Below are positions 1 to 14,559 of a stretch of DNA of 64,000 nt, piece after piece. The translations under genes were made by a program, and so were the position numbers. Under the pieces are notes generated by a model that was not told the origin of the DNA, made no database searches, and saw only the letters and a list, made by a program, of their open reading frames with translations. Source of the DNA: Styela clava (lineage: Eukaryota). The DNA lies in NCBI RefSeq assembly GCF_964204865.1, contig NC_135252.1, forward strand, positions 2,170,001 through 2,234,000. The letters run 5' to 3'. Position 1 is the first letter of the stretch, and each line of letters begins with the position of its first letter.

Positions 1-401
1 TGCGGCTCATAACCAATGATTTTAGGCTCATATATACATGCAAACATTCATCCAATGTGACAAGTATATAAACTATAACTGACATGATTGAAGCAAAATA
101 TTTGTAGCCCAGAAATATGCATGACCATATTTGTGTATTTTCTCAACTTGCAGAAGGTAATCAACAACACACATGGTACAAAACTTGAATTTCTCTTCAT
201 ATGAAATGTCTGAAAAATCAGCCATGTGTATATATTGAATTATTGTGTACCCCCCTGTGTACTCAACATGTTGAAAATTATTTTGATCCAGATCAACAAC
301 CGATGGTTCATTTCAACTTCTCATGCAAATTGAAAAAAATTCAGTTGGTTATGCTACGCCCTAAGTCTCTTAAGGTGAATGGAAAAACAGAATGGCTTCA
401 C

Positions 402-1017
402 CTCTTCTATCTTCTGTGTGATGAGTCTGAAAGCTTCTCTAATTTGTGACTGCTCTCCAGTGACGGTGACAATTCGTTCTGGAGTTCCACTTGATGTAGA
501 TACATTTATCTTGGCTCCACTTTTTTGTCGGAAACTCGCTATCGTCGCTCCTCCCTATAACCAATTTTAGACATGTAAGTATTTATACCAAACAAAGTTT
601 ACCAGTGAGAAAATAATACTGGCGCTCTAATCAATTTTGGATTCAAAATCGACTTAAGTAACTAAATGATACCATAAATTATGCTTCGATATGTGTATTA
701 GTGATGAATAAAGCTTATATTCAAAATGTAAATTCCTGATTGTAACGATATAAATTCATAATAAACTTTACATTGATAAAAACTGATGCTAAAAACAAAA
801 AAATGTTATGAAGACAGCAATGTTTATTTTAAAACACCCCTCATTTCTTTTGTCACATTCTGATTAATCAATTTTGAGACAAAAATGTATAAATATTGAG
901 TATTCAAGGTTTAGTTTGTTTAAAAAATATAAAACCAACAACAATCACCTTTCCAATAATTGCACCAATCTCCTTCCCCACCATGAGCATCCTAATTGTT
1001 ATTATTACATCTGGCAT
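402..1017 (-). CDS. PCBP: Poly(rC)-binding protein (PCBP/hnRNP E)-like KH-domain gene, 5' part; continues off the left window edge. Coding exons 1017-949 and 554-402
   Basis: Spliced translation MPDVIITIRMLMVGKEIGAIIGK|GGATIASFRQKSGAKINVSTSSGTPERIVTVTGEQSQIREAFRLITQKIEE matches the PCBP KH1 pattern (TIRLLMxGKEVGSIIGKxG...SGARINIS...PERIVTITG). Phase-0 GT/AG junctions at 949, 554 and 402. An acceptor at 1044 extends the exon in frame, and a candidate upstream exon 3808-3740 (MNVPVTVGDNLVVNQYNYDRFFK|gtaagt) is phase-compatible but unproven. Confidence 0.85.
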
Positions 1018-4017
1018 TATGCAGAATTGTTTCAACTCTGTCTCCTGTTTGATGGTGTAAGAAATACAAAGTCAGAAAGTAGATGTGGACAACAAGCAGA
1101 CAAATGATTCCCCAGAATTATGGTTGAATTTTGGGCAAACTACTCAATTCAGCAATTGGGATATGGAAGAGATAATGGGGTCCAGTACTGTATAATTTGA
1201 TAGAACATTTATTAGCAACAAAACAAGTTTGCTCAAACTGCCTCTTAATTAACCCATTACTTGATTACTGACCAATCTGACAATACTCCACTTACTGCAC
1301 CGTAAAACTGTGCATTATATAACAAAAGAAATGCAAAAAGATTTACGGTACACCCTTATATCAATAACAGATGGTCATACAAAAAAAAACGAAAGATTAC
1401 CGGTACTCAATACCACAGTATGCAATGCAGATAACAACATACACGCATACAAAAATTTCTCCGCTGCCAATAAACTCGGTCCTGTCTGTCTGTGAACGCA
1501 TTCTAAATGAAATCGCCACAAAAATTGTATTTTTTTATGTCTCATTTAATTTGGTAATTTGAATATGTAATTGTACCCGGAGTGAATGTTTCAACATTTA
1601 TTTAACATGTATTCATTTATTAACATTTAGGTCTGAGATCTGTCTACTTTCAGTCGTAAGTATTGAATACTAAATAGCTTTCGCAGACTGCGGAAGGTAT
1701 TGTGGGGTCAATTGTCACTCAGGAGTCATGACGCACGATATTTGCACGATCCGGCACGATATTTGGTAAAAAAAATTAATCGTTTTAGGATCAGTTATTT
1801 CTTAAGATGAATTAGTATAGCTATATATCGTTGTTTCATAATCTTAATCAAATAATAAAGGTATTATTAGGGCAAAAAATTCTTCCATACATTTATATTA
1901 GTATATCTTGTTAGGTTATAGAGATAGACTGGTATTTTGTTAACAAAAATATTTGCGACCTGAAATATAAAATCGATTAAAGAAATGCCAGTTTAACCTT
2001 TTTGAACAGGTGAAATTCCTAAACAAGCTTTTAAAATTCAAACATGACTAAAAAATTAATAACAGTTCAAAATTGAATATAGATCCGCTTATTACTCGAG
2101 GCCACTAGCTGGGCTTCAGCCTACCTTGCCTAATTCTGTAATTGTAAATGTTTCGGCAAAGTGCCATACTAACCTATGGCTTACAGACATTTTGGCCAAT
2201 ACAAGTACGATTGTCAGAGTGTGGAGATAAGTTTATCAACAATCCTGCAATGCAGGTGCAACATAACAGTGGCTTCCGCGGAAACCCTTGGGTCGCTTGA
2301 AAGACCTTCTTGTCTGAGCCGAGCCGAATTCTTGTTTCTCATTTTTTTCTGATTGGCAAATTCCAAAGTAGTAATCAAAACTAAAAATCACGTATTTTGT
2401 GTATATTTGTGATAATAAGGATCAACAGCGCGAAGTCTGAAGTTCCAGGATATCTTTTGAGGTTTTATAACAATATAATAGGAACTTATCGAGTCATCTA
2501 CTGAAAAATTTTGATTCTTCTATTTTATTAAATAGAGACGAAAGAAGCCTAGAAATATCTCGTTACAGTCATCCATGAGGAAGTGAAGATCAAAATAAAA
2601 TTGAATTGATTGTGAGAGCTTTGCCAGCCGTACTGACTTTGCCGATGAAAATTGGTATCGTAATCGAATATGAAAATTTCGGTCAGTAAAAAACTCGTGA
2701 CCTAAGGTTAAATCATTATGCGTTCATTTCGATTCCAGAAGTTTAAATGAGCAACTCCGTGAAATACGACTTCATAATACTGGCCTTTGCAATTTTTGCA
2801 AGGTTCCAGAGACCGTATAATATTTTCTAATGAACTGCCATGCCTATAGCAATGGAAGGCAAATACTTAAGCTCAAATGTTGCGATTATGACATTGATCT
2901 TCGAACCAAATCTATTTTAAGCAACTCTCGCATTTTCCTTCCACTATATATATATGTGAGGCCACCAGTATAATAATATAGCCTTATTAAAAAATGGTAT
3001 TAAATTATCTGGCGCAAGACTTAAATTATTCAAAGCGCTATATATATATATATATATTCATATTACACACACATCATAGCCTGTTCGTGTCCAACGGGTT
3101 TTGGAGAGAACGAACGGGTGGTATTTCAAACTAATACAGTTAACGTACAGTAAAGCGGGAAGTATCCACTGCAGCGAACATCAAATATCCACTGAAAAAT
3201 TTCAAAATGAACGCTAGTACTTGACTCAGGGTTTATTATAGACATTCTAAATGCCCCAAACAGCGTAGTGTAGGCTAGTCTATGCTTTACAGTGCACAGT
3301 AAAACACGAAACACATAACGTTAACGTTGTTATGTATATGTGTGTTTGGTGTTGAATTGTCTATATTTATATATATTGTCTTGTCTTATAAACTCCCCTG
3401 TATAAACAGTTTTGTATACTCCTCCCTTACCACTTTCACCACATCAACTCGCCCCACCTTGCACAACTGTCTATATGAGGGACCATATTATACATATTTA
3501 ATCCAATGTTTTTTGTTTTATATTTGTCAAAAGGGGTGCATGCTGCACATTGTGCTAACTTGACTTTCTGTGTGCAACTCCCCACAAAATTTACCAAAAA
3601 CTTTAGGCGCCTTTATGGTTAGTTATTAGCCTGAATGGGAAAATTTTTCAACACCTTGATAGCGTTAGTCACAGACAGATTTAAAATTTTGCCCGTTTAA
3701 CTTGTTTTCAGTGGCCGTATATGATTATGATAAACTTACCTTGAAAAATCGGTCATAGTTATACTGATTCACAACCAGGTTATCACCCACTGTTACGGGA
3801 ACATTCATCTTCGCAGGGCGTTTCGGGCTTTGAAGCTGTACGAAGTGTCAGCCGACAGTTTCCACTGCCCGAAGTTATCAGTGGACAACGACATTCAAAG
3901 GAATATTATGATGTCATAAACGTAGCCTTAGTAAACAGACCTCCAGTCAGGGCGAGCAATGAAGTCAAATTTCACATCCTCCAAACACTTGCTACCGACC
4001 AACACCGAAGTCTAGTA

Positions 4018-6350
4018 CAGTGATTTCAACCTTTTTTGTACCGCGGAACACTTTTTTTTCATCTTAAATTGTGGCGAATATTTATCTTGGAAATGACCTT
4101 TATTTTGCTATCAACTGACATCAAACATTTTGACATGAAAGTAAAATAACGAAATTAATAAAAGCTCGTCAACTTTAGCTAAAAAAAAACGTGGCACATT
4201 CCAATATAGAGCTACAAGAGCTAAAGCACAGTACTGTACAAATAAATGTTTTTGCTTATGATTAGATTAAAATAGAAATTGTATTTTAATGTGATATCTG
4301 GGTCTGTTTCGATGAACACAAATATTTTATTCTGGCTGAAATTGAAGATAGACAAACACGCAGCTCTTTCTCAACGACTCAATTTCTCACGTTTTTTTAA
4401 CTTTTATGGCGGCCTTGCTCGAAAAGCTCATTTCGCAAAGATAGGTCGTGGAAAATGGTAGCAAGATTGAAAGCTCGTTTTTGGAAAGCATTGGAAATTC
4501 CTTGGAGACATCAATCCAGAATGTTTCCAGAAGTACATCCGGGAATTTTAATCTCAACCCGCGGTCAACTGTAAGGATCTCTGATCCGATCAAAGCTCTC
4601 TGTGGGGGTGGAGAAAAAATAAAAGCATAATTTCTCCTCGAGAGTTTTTAGGTGAGTTGTTATGGTCTCGCATAGAGCAACCCTATTATCAGTTCCTTGG
4701 TAACAATGGAAACATGTCAAGCTTGTCATATTTCACAAATTTTTGCCAGAGCTAAACTTTTGAATGAAATTCATATATTTTGTCTGTGCTTGTAAGTAGA
4801 TTTTCATCTCGCCCTTGCATTCGCGTGTTCAGCTTGTTCAAATGTTGAAATATGTCAGCCACGTACGCTAATCTTGCACATCACTCATCATTTGCCAGCA
4901 GCTCAACACCCCCAAACTTTTCATCGGTCAAAAACACTTTCATTTCATTTTGTAATTCACAAACGCGAGCTGACACTTTTCCACGAGACGACCATCTGAC
5001 TTCGGTATGAAGCAACAATGTGGTGTATTCTGCGCCCATTTCTTCGCATAGACATGCAAGGATATAATTAACCATGCTCACCACGGAATTTATTATGGAA
5101 GCTAATTCTGCAGGCAACGTCTTTTCGACTAGCGCCTCTCGATGTAAAATGCAGTGAGTAACTATAACATCAGGATTTTTTTCTTTTATTAAACTCTATC
5201 AACAAAGCCTTTGTAGGTTCCCACCATGGCAGCTGCTCCGTCTGTACAAATACCCTAACAGCTTTTCCATTCCAATCCGCCGTTTACAAGATAATTTGAT
5301 GCAACCCGGAAATTTTTCTTTTCCAGTCATTCTTTTGGGCAAAGTCTTGCAATAGAAGAAGTTTTCTCTGATGTTTTGTCCATCGAAAAATTGAACATTT
5401 GCCAGTAGTTGAGCATGTCTACTGATATCTGTTGACTCGTCAATTTGTAGCGCAAATATCTCGCTGGTGCGTAATTTATCTAACACTATTGCTTCGATGT
5501 CCGCAGACATGTCTTCCGCCTGTCAACTATGTTGTCTGAAAGGGGAATCTTTTCTATTTAATTTTCCCAAGATAGGATCATGCATCTCAATAATATTGAT
5601 CTTACAAGCTGGTAGAATTAACTCTTCTGCAACAATATGTGGATATTTTTACTTGGCTATCAATTCAGCTACAAGATAGCTGTTTATTACTGATCGATTT
5701 TAATCGTTACTTATCGATTTTATTACTTATCGATTTTAATCGTTAAGTATGTTGATATGTATTTGTCTGTATGTCTGTCTGTTAGATGCACGCGATATCT
5801 CACTAAAGCAAGACTGAATCTGCTCCAGATTTTGCATGTGCATTCATCATGTCTCGGACCAGAAGCCTATTGATTGATTAATTAACGACTGGACACGCGG
5901 TGTCGCTATTGTGTCAGAGCGAAGGAATCGAAACCGCAGTTTCTGTTTCGGCGGATCACCTAACTTTCCTCGCTGCAAACCAAAGATCGATAAGTCGGCG
6001 GTCTCCAATCACTATCTAGTCTTGATATTCAATGAGATGTCACACTTGTATTTGATACTAGTTTTCGTTCATACCTGATAGATGCCTCCCGCTAACCAAC
6101 AAATTCATCTACTGGTATCTCTATGACAGAAATAAAATGTATCCGTAGCTTTGCCACTCGATGCTGATATGAACGAATTTTTTATTTCAGTTTGGGGTTA
6201 ACGGCATTGGCTTAAGTTTCAATAGATAGCCAAAGTGTGAAATGGCTCAAAAGAATTTTGGTTGTTTACTAGAAACATAGTTTATAAATTACTCGCTCTT
6301 GGCAGAGTAAGTATTTTTAAAGGGTACGTAAACATATATTGTAAATTTTG
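4018..6350 (-). mobile_element. Degenerate hAT (Buster/Charlie, ZBED5/SCAND3-like) DNA transposon
   Basis: Broken ORFs 5199-5510 (FALQIDESTDIS..AQLL), 4881-5117 (LLLHTEVRWSSRGKV) and 4387-4593 (LLPFSTTYLCEMSFS) are Buster transposase motifs. TIR-like CAGTGATTTCAACCTTTTT starts at 4018 after gtcTAgta. The right end is not resolved. Confidence 0.85.
5683..6020 (+). mobile_element. Non-autonomous Helentron/HINE-like repeat inserted in the hAT transposase
   Basis: Interrupts the transposase. Has a GTCT microsatellite and core gatgcacgcgatatctcac...gaatctgctccagattttgcatgtgcattcatcat..ctcggaccagaagcctattgatt shared with 36240-36570; ends in ctagt. Confidence 0.6.
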
Positions 6351-6967
6351 GGGCAAGGTCTGCCTGCCTATGTTTTGAAACTCAGAATACATTTAACCAT
6401 GTATGGCATTGGTTCTTAACCTTTACTAGCCTGTCGAACCCCTATGCTATTCTGCAAGCTCCCTTAATATAATGACTTAATATAATGACATGATGACTCA
6501 AAAACGTTGGTAGCTCAACTCATTCGTTTCTCAAATTTCAAAATGCATTCCAATGCGAATAAAAACGTTTGACCATTAATTTACAGAAATAGAGATACCG
6601 TCTGACTCGCCATAAGGTGTCAGTCACAAAAATAGTCAGCTCAAAATCCAACGTTTGTCATAACAACCTGAGATATTTCGTACCCATAATCAAAAAGCAT
6701 CTAAAAGCGCTTGAAGTACATCCGCGCTTGAAGTACATCCAAGAGTACGGAATTGCGACGATACGAGTTTTTCAAGAAATGTTCTAAAATCTAAGGTCAT
6801 TCACAGGTCCACTAAAACTTATATCTGCGCTAAGCTATTCACAGCTAATCTATTTTATGAGTTGTTTAGACGTGTAAGATTGTCTATCTGCTACGAAATA
6901 TTGTTATTTTTGTATAATTAGTGAGCTGGGTAACAAGGAGGTTTCATGATACACAACTGTTTTAGAG

Positions 6968-7040
6968 CAGGGTTTCCCAAACTTTTTGAGCCGTGGACCC
7001 CTGTTTGTGAATCTTAGTTTAAAGGGACCGCCATACTATG
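6968..7040. mobile_element. hAT (Buster-type) terminal fragment
   Basis: CAGGGTTTCCCAAACTTTTT..CCGTGGACCCC preceded by gttTAgag; partner end not found. Confidence 0.45.
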
Positions 7041-7693
7041 TCCTATTAACATGTGTGCCTAACCAACACGGAAGAATAATGTTTCCTATACAACACAAAC
7101 GACATTAATGGGATGGACGACGTTACTCTTCTCTGCACGATTTATCAATTCTTGCAGTACATTGTGACAAGAAAACTCGTAGGTCCGACTCTACGACAAG
7201 TCCAAATCTCGACCTGTCTATAGCTGGAAATGCCGCCTCACACAGGTATGTAAGTCGTTGCAAAAGGCAATACAACTTTATATGGCCTTTTCTGAAAGAA
7301 ATCGAATTCCAAGAACATCTCTACCCAACCCCGAGAGTTTGATCGAGCGTAGGTTAGTTAGTTAAGAAAGACTGATCTTTATGGCATATTTGACGTCAAC
7401 TGAAGGAAGTTGTTTCAGAAGGATTTGAAAAGTGCATCTCTTGCTTTTTGATTATTACATACCAACCACTTATAATGGATACTTATTTACTCCAAGCGAT
7501 CCCCTAAAAAATTTATCAATAAATTCGTAAATTAGAAGTGATTAAATCGAATATTGTGACGTCACAAAATAAAAACATGTTGTTGAGTCCTTGCCAACAA
7601 CATGTTTTCCCTATTACACAACTCGTCTTTTTGAGAATGTTTGATGAGTTCTCTAGTCTCTTCTTATAGATCCATTGAAGCACATGTTGCAAT

Positions 7694-10600
7694 ATGGTGA
7701 AAATAGGACGACCCGTGAAAAATTATGGCCTTACAAAAGTTCAGGCACGCAAATTGGCAAAAGATGGTGGAAGTATACAAAAACATCTCAACAAAATTTT
7801 GATGGAAGACAAGAAATCGAAAAACGAGGAATCAATCGGTAGAAATTCAGAATTTCTAATGGTAAATTGGTTGATATATTCTAGAAAATTATGAATCTTT
7901 CCCAGAAATTTGTTTTTTTACGCTCCTCATGTTATTTATAGTAACTAATTGCCTTTCCAGGAAATCTGAAACACTAGCGCGAATTAATAAAGATATTAAA
8001 TGAGTTTAAGGGACATCAACATCACAAGAGTCTCGTTTAGTGAACCATACTTGTGGCCAGGCGAGTTGGTCGAGTTCCTGCTTCGCTTAGGCCACGTGTA
8101 GTCGGAATGTATTATTTGTAGACGCTTTTGGACTGATTATTAAATCAAAGTCGATTACAGTATACAATAAGTTTTCTAAGATCGTGATATTGAAAATATC
8201 CGACTTTATGTGCCAGTGGAGAGAGTATAGAATTCGGTCACATTATGCAGAAAATATACACTCCAATAAATGTATAGTACGCGGGACCGCGTCAAGTCCA
8301 TTCTTTGTATTGCGGTACTTGAATCTAAATCTATTATAAATAACAAAATATGCAGCTGTTTTGAAATTTAATATCGATAGTATTGGTAGATTTTATGCTA
8401 CTGTTTAGTGATTATTCTAACTTGCGGAATCCCCGTTTGTTGTCACACATGTTTTTCGGTGCCATAGCAGATTTTACCATGATCAATTGAACATCAGGAC
8501 ATGTAAATTATATACGTGGAAGTCACTAATATCTAATAGAGCTCATAAAATTTGAAATTTCATACTAACATGTATCGTCTTTTACATTATTGTTGGTGTG
8601 TATTAAATTTAGGACAATCATGGCGATAGTTGTCGCGCCCTTGCGATACGTCCACGAGAAGAAATCGGCCAGGGAGAACCATGCGGCGTTTTGATGACTC
8701 AAACAGCTTCGCCAAAGACTATTACAGGAACGGAGGTTGTACCGGCAAAATCAACTTGCGGAGGAAATCTTCCCGCTCCCAAATATTCTTCAGCAATCTC
8801 ATATCCCGACCTTCTTGAACGAGCGATTGCGGAAGCAGAGATTGTTGTTGGAAAGTGAGGGCATTTTATCTTCTATCAAAAACTTAAAAATACAGATTGG
8901 TGATGAATTTTAGAATATAATAAGAGCCATGTTTGTATTGTATATATTCACTATGGAGATGCTACATGCGCCCAGACCTTCGTACTACGAACGGGTTCTT
9001 GGCGAAGAATTTCAAAACTATGTTGAAGCCGCTTTCCTGAAATTGAAGCTCACATTCTGATTACTGCATTTTTTAGCCCTATAAAAATTGAATTGTCATT
9101 ATTCAGTATCCAGTTACCAATTTTTTTTGTAACTTACCTAGTAATACTCTTGCCAACTCTTCTAGACTTTACAATTCGACTCATAAATTCTATTCTGTTG
9201 TCACGATTTACATTTTATTTGGGTCTAAAAGTCTATGATAAATTATATTATGATAAATTTTAGATGCAAAATTGAAGTTTTCTTAATCAACGCTTTCTGT
9301 ACATTACAGATGGATACTTGTTACAAGCAAACAAAAATATCCTGCGTCGAATAAAAGTAGCATGGCATCTGTTGCCAATGCACTGAAGGTAAATTTACAA
9401 TTTTAGGATAAAAAGTTGCTTTTACAAATTTGGAGATAATTCTACAATGCAACATGATTTAAATTCATTAAAAGAAAATCATCAATTCGTTCATTAATCT
9501 GGACATGGTTTACAAATTATCAATTGTTTCTTACTTACATGTTATATATAATGTGGAGCCAATATTTGGTCTATGAACGCATTTTCACTCAGTGATATTT
9601 TCGCTTTTAATCCGAGAGATAGTTGATTCCCGAACTAGACGTTTGGCCGATGGCCCTGGCCCTAGGGTGGTGCCAGAGTGAAACTATTATTTATGTGTTC
9701 TGTTGTGTCCCATTAGTCTTATTTAGAAAGTTGTCGAGATAATTATCATAATTTTATTTATTTGTAACGACTTTGCTTATTTCGATAAGTTTCACCTGCA
9801 GGAAGCTCTAGAGTCGACGAGAAACATCAGATATACTGAGCTTCAACTCATCATGGCAAAAAAGAAATCCAAAAGAGGTAAACTGCATGTAAACTCAGTA
9901 TAACCAAGTAGTATGATAATCAATAGTATCGTTATTAGAAAAAACTCTAACCTGGAGAAAATCTCAAACTGTGTGAACAACAACACGTAGATCGTGGATG
10001 AAAGAATTCGTCTTTCTCTAAAATGTTATAACCAATTATGAGCTAGGTTTACTAAATTTGATTTTATTATGTTACTCTTTCAAAAACCAATTATGGAATC
10101 AAAATTATATTCAACGCCGGTGAAGTAAGACATGTGATAACTCCAGTTATACCCGTATATCAATCTTTTGTCAGAAGTTCTAAAACCTCTCTTGGTTCAA
10201 AATGTTGAAACTCATGCTAAACCGAATATTTCAGGTTTCAAGAGTCCTAACAACCTCGGCCTGTCTTTCGTTCGACATACAGTGGATACAAATCCAGAAT
10301 TAATGGTTCGAATGACACACGCCATTATATACGCAACTAATAGATTGAAACAGGAACTTCATTGGGTTTCAAATGGAAGAGTTTGCAACAAAAATACAAC
10401 AAAATGTGATTTTCTCCCCATACCACCTTTAGTATTAGGTGGGTTCAAATTGGCAGTTTACTTGCTATTTGTAATGTATACTTTGAGCGCTTGTTGTGAA
10501 ACTTTTGATCCAATGACTCTCTGTGGATTCTTTATAATGCCTGTTATATTATAGATTCTTGCTCTATTCACTCTAATATACAGAAGTCGAATCCGTTGTT

Positions 10601-13600
10601 TTCAATCAAAAATTTCTACTCATACTATATATATATATATATATTTCCAAGTGCTTTAATAGTTTTAACATTTGAATGAACCGCTCCGACGGACTGCAAT
10701 AAAAGTATATTTGAATTTGTTCTTTTATGTATATCTGGTCGGTAAATGTCAGTTGTCTACCTCAGAAATATCAGAATAACCGAAGTAAATATTTAGTATG
10801 CGTCACTCGCAATCATTGACCAGAAAACCTTGACAAATACATTCGGATTTTGCGACTATGGCCGCCAATGCCCCATGAACAGTTTTTGAAATCAGTTTGA
10901 TTCTTTACGTTTAATGAATCGTGGTTGAAGAGAGGTTAATAGAATGGTAATAAACTGTTGAAGTCAGCCTGAAGAGCGGAAATTTTATGAATGAATTCCC
11001 CCCAGACATTTTAGAGAATCCTAATGCCACGTCTCAATGTAATTACGTACCGGTTTTGTTCTCGAGATTATGTCAGCATTCCTTTGACGCCCCGTAACCT
11101 AAATTTATATTCATTTGCTTTATTTCTTTCTCATTGCCATAGACCTCCGATTGGCGAGAAGCGCCATATCAACGAACTTGAAATCGACAGCTATCAAAGT
11201 TGACATATCAATTGTCCAAAGAGAATGTATTGCGTCTACCGAGTTGAAATTGCCAGGCATCTCTTCTGCGGTGTTGGAGTTCGATGTCAAGGCGATTGAT
11301 GACGAATCCCCAAGAGAAAGATTGCAACGAAAAATGTCTGAGCACGGATTTGATCAGAAAGAGGGTAATAAGTCAAAAAACACGGAAAACTTGACAGTGA
11401 TAGTGGCTTCCGTTTTGCAAGCTATACAGAAAAAGAGTCGACGAGAGTAAGCTATGATACTCTAATTGTTATCAACATTTATTTCGTGTTTTGACATTTT
11501 GTTTTGTTGTAATGCCAATGGTGAAGCCGAGTAAGCAACAAAAAAGAAGGTCCAATATCTTAAATATTCTGATAGTCCCCGACACATTTGTTTACTGCTA
11601 GAGTTTTATAAGACGAACAAAACTAAACGAATTCGGGTTTTCGAACTGAAATTGTTGCTTATGGCTATTCCTGTATCTAAACAAATATTTATTGCTTCCT
11701 GGGATTCTCATTTTTATTTCCATCTGAAACTAGAATGTATGAGGTTATGCCAAGGACCGAGAGACGCACAGCCATGCGACACGATTTGATAGTCAGATTA
11801 CGCCCGAACTTTCTTCTACCAAAGTTAATACGTCATATTCACACCGGGCTACCGCTACACATTGCTGGTATACCACGTGATATGGAAGATTTGATTATGA
11901 CATCAGTTGCTCTGAATGGAAAACAACATGTTTTACTTTTTGTCAAGGTAGGTACTTTCTAGATTGTTTGTAAAGGGTAATACAATAAAAGAATCGAGAT
12001 TGCTGACAATTTTGACCATGTCGCAGAATGTTGCTGCGGAGTTTTTAGGTTCAGATTTGGAAGCATTTCGTGCTCGACAACAATATTATTTTATGTGGTC
12101 TTGCCTGTTCAACAAAACAAGAGCGAAGTTGTTTAATACCTGGCTAAAGTTTACACTGATGTGAGTACAATTTTCAGTTCTTTTTTTTGTAATTTTTATT
12201 GGATATATTGAAGCATAATATCAGATAATGGGAAATGTTGTTCTTTGCAATTATTTTAAAAAATATTTCAAAGTTTGAGCCAAAAAATAAATCATTTATT
12301 TTTCTCTTCATTACAAGCAGATTTAGCAGCGGATCTGATCAAATTGATTCAGTCATCTTGCGGGCTCGGGAAGACTGTCGTTGTACGGTAGAACGAATAC
12401 TAAATAAATTTCAATTGCTGATACGTAGAAATAAACCTGACAAGAATCGATCTGATGTGGTCAAAATTTTACAACGGTAAGGTTAAACGTTGACAATGTT
12501 TGTTGCCTTTCTAGCCTTATTCTCATGCAGTTTGCCTCTCGGCCTGCCCACTATTTCTGACTGGAATTATCAAGAAGGGGACGGGTAATAAAATCGTACT
12601 TAACTATTTTATTCTGGTTTTCAGCAATTCCCCGAAAGCTACATTATTTTCTATGTGTGTTATATATAAAAGTTTAATTTCCTGCACTCGCACCTGTAAT
12701 ACTTTAAGAGCTAAACTATCGGATCAGGTGCGTACAAATTTATCCTGCATAAGTGTGGCAATATAAAATAATGCACTGTTGTGGTAAACCACTGGATATT
12801 TGTTAACAGTAACGGATATTGTTGCAAAGCGAGTGCTAAGATAACGCTAATAACAGTTCTAACGCCGTGTTCAGCACCTCACGGGTCTCGCATTATTGCC
12901 TAGTTTCTGTACGTATATCTTCGCAATTGTTACCAGGATATAGGCAACTTTTTATTTTCTCCTGGTTTATGAGTTCTATTACTGAATTATCACAATTCAA
13001 TGTTTTTCATACAAACTTTGAACATTTGTTACAACTACCGTATTGTCACTTCCATGATCATTTATACGTCTCCTCAAGTAAACAAAACGATTTCGACTTG
13101 AGAGTAAGCAATATCATTAATTAATGAAGATTACCATAATTACACCGAGTTTTAATTATCATCGCCTATTCACTAGACGTCCATTTATCGCATCCTTATC
13201 GTTTGTCGCATTTGGAGCGGCATTCAAGACGTCCCAGCAAATTCCACAAAGAGGAAATTTAGCCACAATAAAGCACAGTATCATTCATAAGTGTGATTCT
13301 CCATGATTGGTTGCAATGCAGTGGACCGAAAGAATTATGTTTTTGATCGCTTTTGTGTGAATTAAAAATTTGGGTGATTATATATCCATGCTGGGTCATT
13401 TCTGAATGAACTGTAGTATTGCTGCAAAAGGCAAAAGTGTTTATGACTCTCTAACACATCGACAAATTGTACAATCAATTAACGCTTAATATTGCGATAA
13501 AAACACAAATTGACAATTGAAAATGAAAACAGGTACTTTAGGAAAGTGGAGAAAACCTTTGAACAATATGGAAAAACCATAGCTGGAAATATATTGTCTG

Positions 13601-14559
13601 GACTTGCGAATGAAGTTGAAACACAGACCACCAACAGTACACGTCAACCACACCGCAATATGCAGGTATGCCATAACAATTATATTTATCTTTCTGTAGC
13701 GGTAGGAATAAGAAAGTCAGTTGTTGTATTGCTTCAACCGTTTGTGCTATATGCATCATTGCTGTAGTACAGTAATTTACTGTACAGTATTTGTACTAAA
13801 CTGAATGAAAAAGTGTAATAGTTAGAAATTAAATGACGAAACCCCTGAGCTTCAGCCTACATTGCTTATATTGAATCAGACCCAGACCGCCCCCCAAAGA
13901 TTCTCTGGTGTCACACGCCAGATAAAGTAAATAAACGTCCATACGCCTGGTGGGTGATATTTGCGAACGACGGCAACAGTAGGTTGAAAAAACTTTGATG
14001 TTACCGTTAATATTGCCAATCTACAACGACCCACAATGAACAGGATGCCCTGTACTTTTTAAAAACGCAAAACTCTAACTAGCCATATATTTCAAAGATG
14101 AGGATGATGGTAGCGGCATCTGGTTTTCAACATCTGCAGAGTAGATTGTTTCATATGGCCGATGATATTATACGGAAAGCAGAAATGCGTTCTTCGCCCG
14201 ACGAAAAGTTATTTATAACTTCAATAAAAAGCCTAATTTTTATGGGTAAGAAAATAATATAATTTGCTCCTGCCAGATATGCATCTACCATATATAATAA
14301 AATTAGTTACTATGACTTCTATAACTTGATGTATGGCAGTTTTTCATTGGCTATGTGTAACGGACATAAACATAATAAGTTTCATGGTATGATAGATGTA
14401 TTTCAAACGATCATATCGACTTTCGCTTTTGTCACAGTAATTCAACGATCTACAATCAAAATTGTGAGGTCAATGGGAGAAATGTTTAAACAACAAATGT
14501 GTGTGAAAGAATATTCCGAAAATTCAAATGAAATTGTCAATGATAATATTGATAATTAG
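7694..14559 (+). CDS. Uncharacterised multi-exon protein, ~697 aa. Exons 7694-7861, 8613-8854, 9310-9388, 9802-9877, 10235-10438, 11143-11446, 11734-11947, 12027-12160, 12321-12476, 13177-13290, 13533-13665, 14098-14245, 14438-14559 (possible extra 33-nt exon 11006-11038)
   Basis: Thirteen exons with GT/AG boundaries and matching phases (0,2,0,1,1,2,0,2,2,2,0,1) give one open frame from MVKIGRPVKN to VNDNIDN*. A TGACGTCA palindrome lies ~130 bp upstream. No domain recognised by eye. Confidence 0.75.

Noticed and set aside
8958-9060. Short ORF MLHAPRPSYYERVLGEEF in intron 2 of the 13-exon gene
   Set aside because: Weak acceptor, and a stop codon in the phase required by the upstream exon.
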